62,317 bases of DNA, taken from Bacteroidia bacterium. Its GTDB lineage: Bacteria > Bacteroidota > Bacteroidia > SpSt-205. Where the stretch lies: contig JANZYW010000003.1 in NCBI GenBank assembly GCA_026413325.1, positions 1 through 62,317 of the forward strand. Direction: 5' to 3'. The position numbers and the translations under genes are program-made. How positions within the stretch are numbered: position 1 is the stretch's first letter; the number at the start of each line of letters is the position of its first letter. Shown here piece by piece: positions 49,931 through 58,313 of the stretch. The notes under the pieces are model-generated. The model was not told the DNA's origin and searched no databases. It worked only from the letters and a program-made list of their open reading frames with translations.

Positions 49931-51349
49931 CTACGCCATCTGGCCAGGGGCGCGAAAGAAAGGAACTACATCCCGAACATTCGTCATCCCTGTGAGAAAC
50001 AAGAGTATTCGCTCTAATCCCAATCCGAAGCCACTATGAGGTACAGTGCCGAAGCGACGCGTATCCAGATAGTTCTCATAAGTGAAAAGGTCCATCCCCA
50101 ACTCTTGTATACGGGAAAGAAGATACTCATATCTCTCCTCCCTTTGAGACCCTCCGATTACCTCTCCGATTCGAGGGAAAAGCACATCGAAAGCAGCGAC
50201 GGTCTTCTCATCTGGATTTTGTCGCATGTAAAACGCCTTGATAGCTTTGGGATAGTCATATAGGATAACTGGGCGCTGGGCGTACTCCTCTACGAGATAT
50301 CGTTCATGCTCAGCCTGCAGGTCACTGCCCCAATGAGTAGGGAATTGAAATTCTTTCCCGCTCTTCTGTAAAATCTCTATGGCTTCTGTGTAAGATAGGC
50401 GAAGGAAAGCACTTTCCTTGGCATGCTCCAGCTCTGCTAAAAGAAGAGGTTCGTAGCGTTCTGCAAGAAAGGCTAACTCTTCCGAAAAGTTTCGGAGGGT
50501 GTATCGAATCAAATACTTGAGAAAATCTTCGGCTAAATCCATTGTCATGGAGAGATCATAGAAAGCCATCTCGGGCTCGATCATCCAGAATTCTGCCAAA
50601 TGGCGAGGAGTATGGGAAGGTTCTGCTCGGAACGTAGGACCAAAGGTGTAAATCCGTCCCAACCCCGTAGCTAAGAGCTCTCCTTCTAACTGTCCGCTGA
50701 CCGTGAGGTAAGCGGGCCTTCCGAAGAAATCGTACTCATAAGCAACTCGGCCGTCGGGGTGAGTAGGTATCTGCTGAAGAGGCAAAGTCGTCACCTGAAA
50801 AAGCTGTCCTCCCCCTTCACAATCAGAAGGAGTAAGAATAGGAGTGTGTACATAGACAAAACCCCGTTCCTGAAAGTACTGGTGTATAGCAAAGGAAATC
50901 CCGCTTCGAATCCGAAAAATAGCTTGAAACGTGCGAGTACGTGGCCGAAGATGCGCTATCTCTCTAAGAAACTCTAGTGAGTGTGTTTTTTTTTGGAGAG
51001 GATAGGCCTCTGGATCGGCAGAACCATACAACTCATATCCTTCTGCTACCAGCTCAAACGGCTGAGGTCGCTCGGGAGTAGGAGTCAGTTCCCCCCATAC
51101 CCCTATGCTTGCCCCCGTATGAAGCTCAGATTCAATCCGTTCACGCGGGATTAGGTTGTGGGATAAAACAACCTGCAGAGCTCTCAAAGTAGAACCGTCC
51201 TGAAGTTCTAAGAAACTAACAGCTCGAGTCGTACGCCGGGTACGAACCCATCCCTTCACAGTGAGTTTCTCACCCAAGGGAGGATTCTTGTATAAATCGG
51301 AAAGGGTTTCCCGTAAAATCGGTGCATAGAGTCCAGGAGGCTTCGCCAT
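49931..51349 (-). CDS. asnS: Asparagine--tRNA ligase
   Basis: GWVRT, LTVSGQL, YTFGPTFRAE...RHLAEFWMIEPE, KAFYM, GEVIGGSQRE and PHSGFGLGLER. Confidence 0.96.
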   Translation of the reverse strand: MAKPPGLYAPILRETLSDLYKNPPLGEKLTVKGWVRTRRTTRAVSFLELQDGSTLRALQVVLSHNLIPRERIESELHTGASIGVWGELTPTPERPQPFELVAEGYELYGSADPEAYPLQKKTHSLEFLREIAHLRPRTRTFQAIFRIRSGISFAIHQYFQERGFVYVHTPILTPSDCEGGGQLFQVTTLPLQQIPTHPDGRVAYEYDFFGRPAYLTVSGQLEGELLATGLGRIYTFGPTFRAEPSHTPRHLAEFWMIEPEMAFYDLSMTMDLAEDFLKYLIRYTLRNFSEELAFLAERYEPLLLAELEHAKESAFLRLSYTEAIEILQKSGKEFQFPTHWGSDLQAEHERYLVEEYAQRPVILYDYPKAIKAFYMRQNPDEKTVAAFDVLFPRIGEVIGGSQREERYEYLLSRIQELGMDLFTYENYLDTRRFGTVPHSGFGLGLERILLFLTGMTNVRDVVPFFRAPGQMA

Positions 51350-51419
51350 GAGGCAAAGGTATGGCCTCCCCTTTTATCCCTCATACACGAGACAGAGGGA
51401 TTTTCGATATATTTGAGAC

Positions 51420-51848
51420 GTGTTGATCGATACCCTGAGATATGTCAAACGCTTAGAGGAGGCAGGCTACACCCGTCAGCAGGCGGAAGCCCAAGTTTCA
51501 CTCCTGGTTGAAATCCTATTAGACACTTTGGCAACCCGAGCAGATGTAGAAAATCTCCGTAAAAAAATCGACACCGAAGTAGCTTCCCGCCACGACCTCG
51601 AAACCCTCCAACGAAAAATCGACACTGAAGTAGCCTCCCGCCACGACCTCGAAAATCTCCAAAAAGAAACCGCCAGACAGTCCGCTTTGGAAAAGGTGGA
51701 GAGCGAGATGACCCGCCGCTCTGATTTGGAGGTACTGGAGAGCCGGATCATCATGCGAGTAGGTCGCATGCTCGTAGCAGCCGTTTCGATAACGATAACG
51801 TTAGTAGGGCTCTTGATGACGCTATTTAGATTCCTTTCCCATTCTTGA
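51420..51848 (+). CDS. DUF1640/CCDC90-like coiled-coil protein with C-terminal TM anchor
   Basis: IDTLRYVKRLEEAGYTRQQAEA head, LATRADV neck, repeated neck/coiled-coil units and C-terminal hydrophobic helix. Confidence 0.8.
   Translation: MLIDTLRYVKRLEEAGYTRQQAEAQVSLLVEILLDTLATRADVENLRKKIDTEVASRHDLETLQRKIDTEVASRHDLENLQKETARQSALEKVESEMTRRSDLEVLESRIIMRVGRMLVAAVSITITLVGLLMTLFRFLSHS
51563..51661 (+). repeat. Intragenic 51-bp tandem repeat (about 2 copies)
   Basis: KIDTEVASRHDLE(T/N)LQ repeated; atcgacac starts at 51567 and 51618. Confidence 0.85.
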
Positions 51849-51944
51849 CCCAGTCCCTATCAGATCCGACAGACAGTGCGAAGCTATCCACCTCTCCAAA
51901 AGGCACCTCTTCTTTAGAGAAGACCAAAACCTTATCTTTGTGGC

Positions 51945-53060
51945 ATGCGAACAGGGTACACGGCTCTGGTGCTTTTTTCTCTGACATTTGCGCAAGTCAC
52001 TTTCGATAAAATCGAACACGACTTTGGAGAGATCGTAGAAGGTCCTCCAGCAATCCACACCTTCACCTTTAGAAACACAGGAGACAAACCCGTCAAACTT
52101 ACTTCTGTAAAAGCCTCCTGTGGCTGTACTACACCCAGTTGGACGCAAGAAGAGATCGCTCCTGGAGGGAGCGGGACAGTCCAAGCAGCTTACGACACCA
52201 AAGGACGCCCCGGGAACTTTATCAAGACGATCACCGTACAGCACAGTGCGAGTGAAACCCCCATCGTACTTACTATAAAGGGAGTGGTGAAGGCCTCTAC
52301 CCAGCCCCAAGACAAATACAGCGAAATCGACGGCAGCTTAGCATGGGCTAAACGCCGAGAATCTTTCGGCATGGTTAAGTCTACCGAATCGCCCACTCTC
52401 ACTTTCGAAGTAAAAAACATCGGGCAATCGCCTGTGGAATTTATAGAAGTACTTGAATCTAAACCGATGTTCAAATTTACTTTCTCCCCGAAGATTTTAG
52501 CTCCAGGACAAGAGGGCAAACTAGCCATAACGTTAGACGGTAAAGCTGCCCGCTCTGCAGGATGGAAGCATCAATCTGGGTTTTATGAGGTCCTAAAGAT
52601 ACGTACCAGTGATCCAGTAAGTGCGGAAAAGCAGCTTGTGGTCAATGGGAGCTATGAGATCGTATATTCCGCAGAGGAGTTAGCCAAGGCTCCCAAAGCG
52701 GTCTTCCCTGTCACAGAGTTCGATGGAGGAGAAGTGTTAGAGGGACAAACGGTTGAGTACCGTTTTGTCATACGGAACGAGGGGAAAAGTGACCTTACCA
52801 TCGAGAGTGTCAAAGCATCCTGTGGCTGCACAGCAGTCGAACCCACCGAAAAAGTCCTGAAACCCGGCCAAAGCACCGAGATCGTCGCTCGTTTTGATTC
52901 CCGCGGGCGACTGGGGCAGCAGCACAAAACCATCACTGTAGAAACAAACGACCCTGTCAATGGACGGGCCATCCTCCATCTCAAGGCTAATGTGGTAGCG
53001 GCTGCTGGCTTCGGGATAGGGGGGAGTGCCCCTGTCAATACGGCTACTTCTGGCTATTGA
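51945..53060 (+). CDS. DUF1573 (Ig-like) repeat protein
   Basis: HDFG...FTFRNTG...VKASCGCT in two clear copies plus a degenerate middle copy; signal peptide. Confidence 0.88.
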   Translation: MRTGYTALVLFSLTFAQVTFDKIEHDFGEIVEGPPAIHTFTFRNTGDKPVKLTSVKASCGCTTPSWTQEEIAPGGSGTVQAAYDTKGRPGNFIKTITVQHSASETPIVLTIKGVVKASTQPQDKYSEIDGSLAWAKRRESFGMVKSTESPTLTFEVKNIGQSPVEFIEVLESKPMFKFTFSPKILAPGQEGKLAITLDGKAARSAGWKHQSGFYEVLKIRTSDPVSAEKQLVVNGSYEIVYSAEELAKAPKAVFPVTEFDGGEVLEGQTVEYRFVIRNEGKSDLTIESVKASCGCTAVEPTEKVLKPGQSTEIVARFDSRGRLGQQHKTITVETNDPVNGRAILHLKANVVAAAGFGIGGSAPVNTATSGY

Positions 53061-54358
53061 TGCTCGATGCACTTATAGTCGGTGCAGGTCCTTCTGGCCT
53101 GGCAGCACTTCGCCGATTGACAGAAGCAGGCGTACGCGTCCTCGCTCTGGAAAAAAGGCACGATGTCGGAGGTGTCTGGCTCTTTGAAGAAGATCCCGAA
53201 AGCCATTCCAGCGCCTATCGTACCCTCGTCACTATCACCTCTAAAAGCTGCTCCGAGATGGAAGGCTTCCCTTTCCCAAAAGAATGGCCAGACTATCTCC
53301 CTCACTCCCTCGTCCAGGCCTATTTCCGACAATACGCAGAGAAGTTGGGGCTTTTAGCGCACATTCACTTCTCAGAAGAAGTCACCCGAGCGCATCGGAC
53401 TGCAGCAGGTTGGGAAGTGCATACCTCTACAGGAGCTTGCTACCACGCTCGATACCTTATCGCAGCTTCAGGGCACCATTGGAAGCCCTTCCTCCCTTCT
53501 TATCCTGGGAACTTCCAAGGAGAGAGTTACCACTCTCATGCATATAAAGACCCTATACAACTCAAAAATCGCCGCATTCTCATCGTAGGAGCTGGCAACT
53601 CTGGTGCAGATATCGCCACAGACGCTGTACGAACCGCTCAGAGCGTAGATATCTCCCTGCGTCGAGGCTATCATATCCTCCCTAAGTTTGGTTTCTTTGG
53701 AGAGCCTACGGACTTTTTGTATAAAAAGCTGGTAGCTCCCCTCCCCCGCTTTCTTCGCGGGCCTATGACAGACCTTACTCTACACCTTCTCAGGGGACCC
53801 ATGAAACGCTATGGGATGCCTGAACCCCAAGAGCCGCTCTTCTATACCCATCCCCTCGTCAATAGCGAACTCCTCTATCATCTCCGTCACGGAAAAGTAC
53901 GCATCCGCCCTGGTATCAACCGATTAGAAGGAACGACCGTTTACTTCACGGATGGGACAGCCGGAGAATACGATACGCTCATCTGGGCCACTGGATATGA
54001 GGTGGATTTCCCTTACCTACCACAAGACTTGGTGCCCACAGGAGAAAAAGCCCGAAGGCTATACCTCCATATCTTCTCTTTGGACGAACCTTCTCTCCTG
54101 TTCTTAGGTCTAATCCAACCAAATGGGTGTTTATGGAATCTTTCGGAGAAACAAGCGGCGCTGGCAGCTCGATACATCACTGGCAGCTATACTCTTCCTC
54201 CACAGGCAGCCGAGGAGGCCGAAGCATACTGGCAAGAACATGAGAAACAATATGCAGGAAGCGCTCGCCACCTGTGGGAAGTAGACTGGTTTGAATACGC
54301 CGCTCGCATGGATAAACTCGTTCGACGCCACCCCCTCCCTGCTCGTACTCATGCCTAA
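53057..54358 (+). CDS. Flavin-containing monooxygenase (FMO family)
   Basis: GAGPSG (FAD), FQGESYHSHAYK (FMO fingerprint), GAGNSG (NADP) and ATGY. Confidence 0.92.
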   Translation: MMLDALIVGAGPSGLAALRRLTEAGVRVLALEKRHDVGGVWLFEEDPESHSSAYRTLVTITSKSCSEMEGFPFPKEWPDYLPHSLVQAYFRQYAEKLGLLAHIHFSEEVTRAHRTAAGWEVHTSTGACYHARYLIAASGHHWKPFLPSYPGNFQGESYHSHAYKDPIQLKNRRILIVGAGNSGADIATDAVRTAQSVDISLRRGYHILPKFGFFGEPTDFLYKKLVAPLPRFLRGPMTDLTLHLLRGPMKRYGMPEPQEPLFYTHPLVNSELLYHLRHGKVRIRPGINRLEGTTVYFTDGTAGEYDTLIWATGYEVDFPYLPQDLVPTGEKARRLYLHIFSLDEPSLLFLGLIQPNGCLWNLSEKQAALAARYITGSYTLPPQAAEEAEAYWQEHEKQYAGSARHLWEVDWFEYAARMDKLVRRHPLPARTHA

Positions 54359-55160
54359 AGCTCTTCTCACAGGCGCAGCAGGCGGGATAGGACAAGCTAC
54401 AGCTCATCTCCTGTGGGAAAAAGGCTTTTCTCTTCTTCTTACTGACGTGCAGGAAGAGGCCCTCATTCGAGCTTTTCCAGAGCTCCCTGCAGGTTCACAA
54501 AGGATCCTATTGGATGTTACGAATCCTTCTTCTTGGAAGGAAATCGCAGCTAACCACTCAGAGGTTGACGTTCTTATCCAACTTGCAGGCGTCATGCGAG
54601 TGGGCACTTTTATAGAACAGCCCCTCGAGGAATGGCTGCTTCAAGTCGATATAAACCTTCATGGAGTAGCCTACGGTTCCTGGACATTCGGTAGACTATT
54701 TGCTGAGCGGGGAAAAGGCCACATCATCAATATTGCGTCCATGGCCGGAGTGGCTCCTATCCCAGGGATCGCGGGATATACCGCTACAAAGTTTGGGGTT
54801 CGGGGACTGAGCTTAGCCTTAGATGCTGAGCTGCGGCCCAGAGGAGTACCAGTCACTGTCATCGGACCCGGACCGGTAGAAACCCCTCTCATCCTGAGAG
54901 AGCTACCTAAGCCTGAAAGCGTCTATACTCTGGTGGCAGGAGGACTCCTGAAACCGCAAGCCGTGGCTCAGGCGGTATGGCGAGCCATTCGTCACCGCCC
55001 AAAAGAGATTTTGCTCCCCTCCTCTAAAGCCGTAGCAGCTCGGCTCGTTTCCATTTTCCCCAGCTTACAGGACGTAGCCGCCCGTACCTTTCTCAAAGGG
55101 GCTGTTCGGCGAAGAAACGCTTATCTACGAGAAGGGACCCCTTCGGAAAGCCCCTCGTAG
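54351..55160 (+). CDS. SDR-family NAD(P)-dependent oxidoreductase
   Basis: TGAAGGIG, NIASMAG and YTATK; ATG 54351 overlaps the FMO stop. Confidence 0.9.
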   Translation: MPKALLTGAAGGIGQATAHLLWEKGFSLLLTDVQEEALIRAFPELPAGSQRILLDVTNPSSWKEIAANHSEVDVLIQLAGVMRVGTFIEQPLEEWLLQVDINLHGVAYGSWTFGRLFAERGKGHIINIASMAGVAPIPGIAGYTATKFGVRGLSLALDAELRPRGVPVTVIGPGPVETPLILRELPKPESVYTLVAGGLLKPQAVAQAVWRAIRHRPKEILLPSSKAVAARLVSIFPSLQDVAARTFLKGAVRRRNAYLREGTPSESPS

Positions 55161-55173
55161 CGGCCTCATATAG

Positions 55174-55914
55174 ATGGCCTCTTATTTCGATACCATAGGC
55201 AGCACCTATCAAGCAGCTCGACCCGATTATCCTCCACTCCTCTTTGCCTGGATAGCCCAGCAAGCACCTGCTACCGACTGTGTGTGGGAACCAGGATGTG
55301 GAAGTGGGCAAGCTACGCTGGAGTTAGCAAAACACTTCCAGCTTGTGATCGCCACTGACACAAGCATATCCCAACTCAAAGCGGCTCCTACCCATCCGCG
55401 GGTACTATACAGGTACGAACCTGCAGAAAATCCTTCCCTTCCCCCACACACCGTCAGTGCTATCGTGGTAGCTCAAGCTTACCACTGGTTTCATCCTCTT
55501 TTATTTTGGCAGGCAGCGCAGAAAGTCGCCAAGCCAGGAGCTATCATAGCTCTCATTGGGTATGGAAAATGCTCTTCTCAGCACCCTCTCATCGACTCCT
55601 TTCTTGCAGAGCTCTATAGAGAAACAGAGCCATTCTGGCCTCCAGAGAGGCACCATGTAGACAACCGTTACACCAACCTACCATTTCCAGTGAGAGAAAT
55701 CTCTATCCCTCCGGAAATCCGACATCTTTCTATCCAGAAGCAGTGGAATCTCTCTCACCTTTTTGCATACATAGAGAGCTGGTCTGTCTGGCAAAAGTGG
55801 CCCGAAGGGAAAAGCCTACTTCAGCATCGCAAAGAATGTATCCGCCTCAAAATAGCTCAGGTAGAGACCTTTGAGCTAACCTGGCCCCTTTTTCTTCGGG
55901 CCGGTTATTTGTGA
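55174..55914 (+). CDS. Class I SAM-dependent methyltransferase
   Basis: YQAARPDYP, WEPGCGSGQA and VAQAYHWF. Confidence 0.88.
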   Translation: MASYFDTIGSTYQAARPDYPPLLFAWIAQQAPATDCVWEPGCGSGQATLELAKHFQLVIATDTSISQLKAAPTHPRVLYRYEPAENPSLPPHTVSAIVVAQAYHWFHPLLFWQAAQKVAKPGAIIALIGYGKCSSQHPLIDSFLAELYRETEPFWPPERHHVDNRYTNLPFPVREISIPPEIRHLSIQKQWNLSHLFAYIESWSVWQKWPEGKSLLQHRKECIRLKIAQVETFELTWPLFLRAGYL

Positions 55915-56019
55915 AATAAACTAACCTCTCTGGCTCTTCTCTGCAATCTCTATAATCGGCTTGAGTAGGGCATACTTCCTGTATGCAAGTCAGCAGGTAG
56001 GCTTCCAACAAAGAGCCAG

Positions 56020-56688
56020 TCAGAAGTACAGCTTGCCTCTCTTTAGCGGTTCATCTTGATACCACATCACAACGTGTGTCTCTTCTATACCCGCAATAAA
56101 TCCTGCCTTTCGAAGCTCCCGGACAAAGCCATATCTGTACCGTTCATCTGCACAGGCTAAATCCCATAAGGTCCAGAATACCTCCGTATCCTCGACAGCC
56201 AACCAAAATAGCTTTGAATGACAGCTTTCAAGATAATCCTCTAAGCATTCTGGCGTGTCGGGAGATAGACCTGTTTGGAGCTCCCACGATACTTCTTCAA
56301 CATACCCTCGGAAAAGACCTTCTTCATTTCCATTCTCCCGCTCGTATCGGGCCTTTGCTATGAAGGTCGAGAGGTTCTCTTGAGCATAGGCTTCGCCTTC
56401 AGCGGCGGCAAAATCTTGGATCTCGTGTATGAGATACCCCGGAAGAGGAATATTCCGCCTTATTAGGTACTTCACCATAGCTGCCTCGACTTCAGCCTTA
56501 TTACAGGTGCGCTTTTCTAGCAAAAACCAGAAGGGAAGCTTTCCTTTCACGGCAAAGTATCGTCCCAATCGCCTACCAAACGCTTGAAGAGCCTCGATTT
56601 CGTCCTCATCGATCATCCAGAAAGCTTTCCGACTGAGTTTTCGTTGCCCGAAGCTGGAACCCTTGGATTTTTCTTCGTCTGCTTTCAT
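56020..56688 (-). CDS. Hypothetical protein
   Basis: 222-aa acidic ORF with no recognised motif. It is preceded by a Shine-Dalgarno-like AGGGA. Confidence 0.5.
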   Translation of the reverse strand: MKADEEKSKGSSFGQRKLSRKAFWMIDEDEIEALQAFGRRLGRYFAVKGKLPFWFLLEKRTCNKAEVEAAMVKYLIRRNIPLPGYLIHEIQDFAAAEGEAYAQENLSTFIAKARYERENGNEEGLFRGYVEEVSWELQTGLSPDTPECLEDYLESCHSKLFWLAVEDTEVFWTLWDLACADERYRYGFVRELRKAGFIAGIEETHVVMWYQDEPLKRGKLYF

Positions 56689-57191
56689 ATGCTTATCCCT
56701 TTTTTTCCGATGATGAATACGCCATCAGGGCTATTTTTGCATCTTTGCATCTATAATGACAAGTAGAAATGTTCATAAAAAGGGGAAAAGTACCAAGTGC
56801 CGGATCAGATGACCCGCTAAGACTTCTCGGGCATTAACTCCGCTGGGTAAGCTCCATCCCGATATGCACCTTGAAAAGACAAGGAAGCGAAATCTTATCA
56901 ACCCAAAACTAAGCCTATCTCCCCACAGTTTGGAGAATTTCTCTCCCATAAAACAACCGGGCCCTTTCCCCATGGCCCTCAGGAAGAGACGAGTATTCGA
57001 TAGGCCATTCGACAAGGTAGTCGCATAGATACAAAATGGCCGCTTTCTACCAGTGTAGGCTATGCATTATTCCGCACAGGGACCTCTCAATCTCTTTCTC
57101 TTAGTTTCTTCTCCAGAGAGCCGTTCAGAGAAAGTAAGAAAGGATAAAGAGCTGATTCACTTTCACCCCCGCGGACAATGTAATAATATGC

Positions 57192-58142
57192 TCAAATTCC
57201 TACTTCATCGAACGGATCATCCACAAGCTGCTGCTGAAGCCCCCATCTAAATCGGTAGTATTGTAGCCGAGCACGTATCCTCCCAGCAAGAGTATGCGGA
57301 AGCATGAGATGCCGCTCATAGGCTGTATTAGGCTGCATACACAGCGGTCCTTTCCCCTTTCTCCAGCGCTGAAGGGGAAGGTAACTCGTCCAGTTGCCTT
57401 TTCGAGTATGGGTGGCTAAAGGATGCGCATGACCCAGATTTCGGACGAGATTCTGCTCAGGAATGACACATAACTGTCCCTCCCGCAAAAGAAGGTAGCT
57501 CAGCTGATAATCCCAGGTATCGATTGCGCCCGAGGTGACCCCCGCCATCGCCTTCCATAAAAACCGTACGTATGAGCGAAGGGAGCCCACCCGATTTTCC
57601 AAGAGAGCTGAGTCCTTCAGTTCTTCCCACCCTACCGGCTCTGCTTGATAGGTAGACCAAACCCGCTGCCAAGTGCCCCATCCCCATATAAAAGGTATCC
57701 GAATAAAGTCCCACCCTGAGCTCAACTGAGAGAAACCGGGCTGAAGCTGCGTCCCACTCACCATACCGACCCGCGAATCATCCGCATATCGAGCAAGCAT
57801 CTCATGCATGTAGGTGAAGAAAGAAGGATGGGGAAGCGTATCATCCTCTAAAATTATCCCAGCCTTCACATGAGAAAAGAACCAGGTAATCCCTCCTGAT
57901 ACAGCTCGCTTGCATCCTTCATTTTCGGAAAGAAAATTAAAATAGGCATCACAGGGCCAATCTATCTGAGATTGTACAAACTTTCTGACTGCCTCTGTCC
58001 GAAGAACATCTTCTGGAGCGGACTTGGGCCCATCTGCACTGATGAAAAGAATACGAGGCTTAACCCGCCGAAGTACATCCCAAACCCTCTTGAGCGTATC
58101 CAATCGATTATACACCAGGAGAAGGACAGGCTCTGCTGCCAT
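57192..58142 (-). CDS. Glycosyltransferase (GT-A, nucleotide-diphospho-sugar transferase)
   Basis: PVLLLVYNR, SADGP, GIILEDD (DxD-like), IWGWGTW and DTWDYQ. Start likely ATG 58142. Confidence 0.88.
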   Translation of the reverse strand: MAAEPVLLLVYNRLDTLKRVWDVLRRVKPRILFISADGPKSAPEDVLRTEAVRKFVQSQIDWPCDAYFNFLSENEGCKRAVSGGITWFFSHVKAGIILEDDTLPHPSFFTYMHEMLARYADDSRVGMVSGTQLQPGFSQLSSGWDFIRIPFIWGWGTWQRVWSTYQAEPVGWEELKDSALLENRVGSLRSYVRFLWKAMAGVTSGAIDTWDYQLSYLLLREGQLCVIPEQNLVRNLGHAHPLATHTRKGNWTSYLPLQRWRKGKGPLCMQPNTAYERHLMLPHTLAGRIRARLQYYRFRWGLQQQLVDDPFDEVGI

Positions 58143-58313
58143 ATAGGACGCAAAAATAGAACGCCTTCTATGGGAACAAACCAAAAGAGACTTCAGACCA
58201 TATTCTCGCAAAACTGCCCCCTCATGGAAAAGAACCCGCTCCTAAGCCACCGGTATGCTGTCGCTCTTGGGTATGAGGAATCTCCCCTCCGCTCTTACCC
58301 TGCAGAAATGATC

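Noticed and set aside
51563-51661. Direct repeat as a possible CRISPR or att site
   Set aside because: The copies are adjacent with no spacer, in frame within a coiled-coil CDS, and no cas or integrase gene is present.
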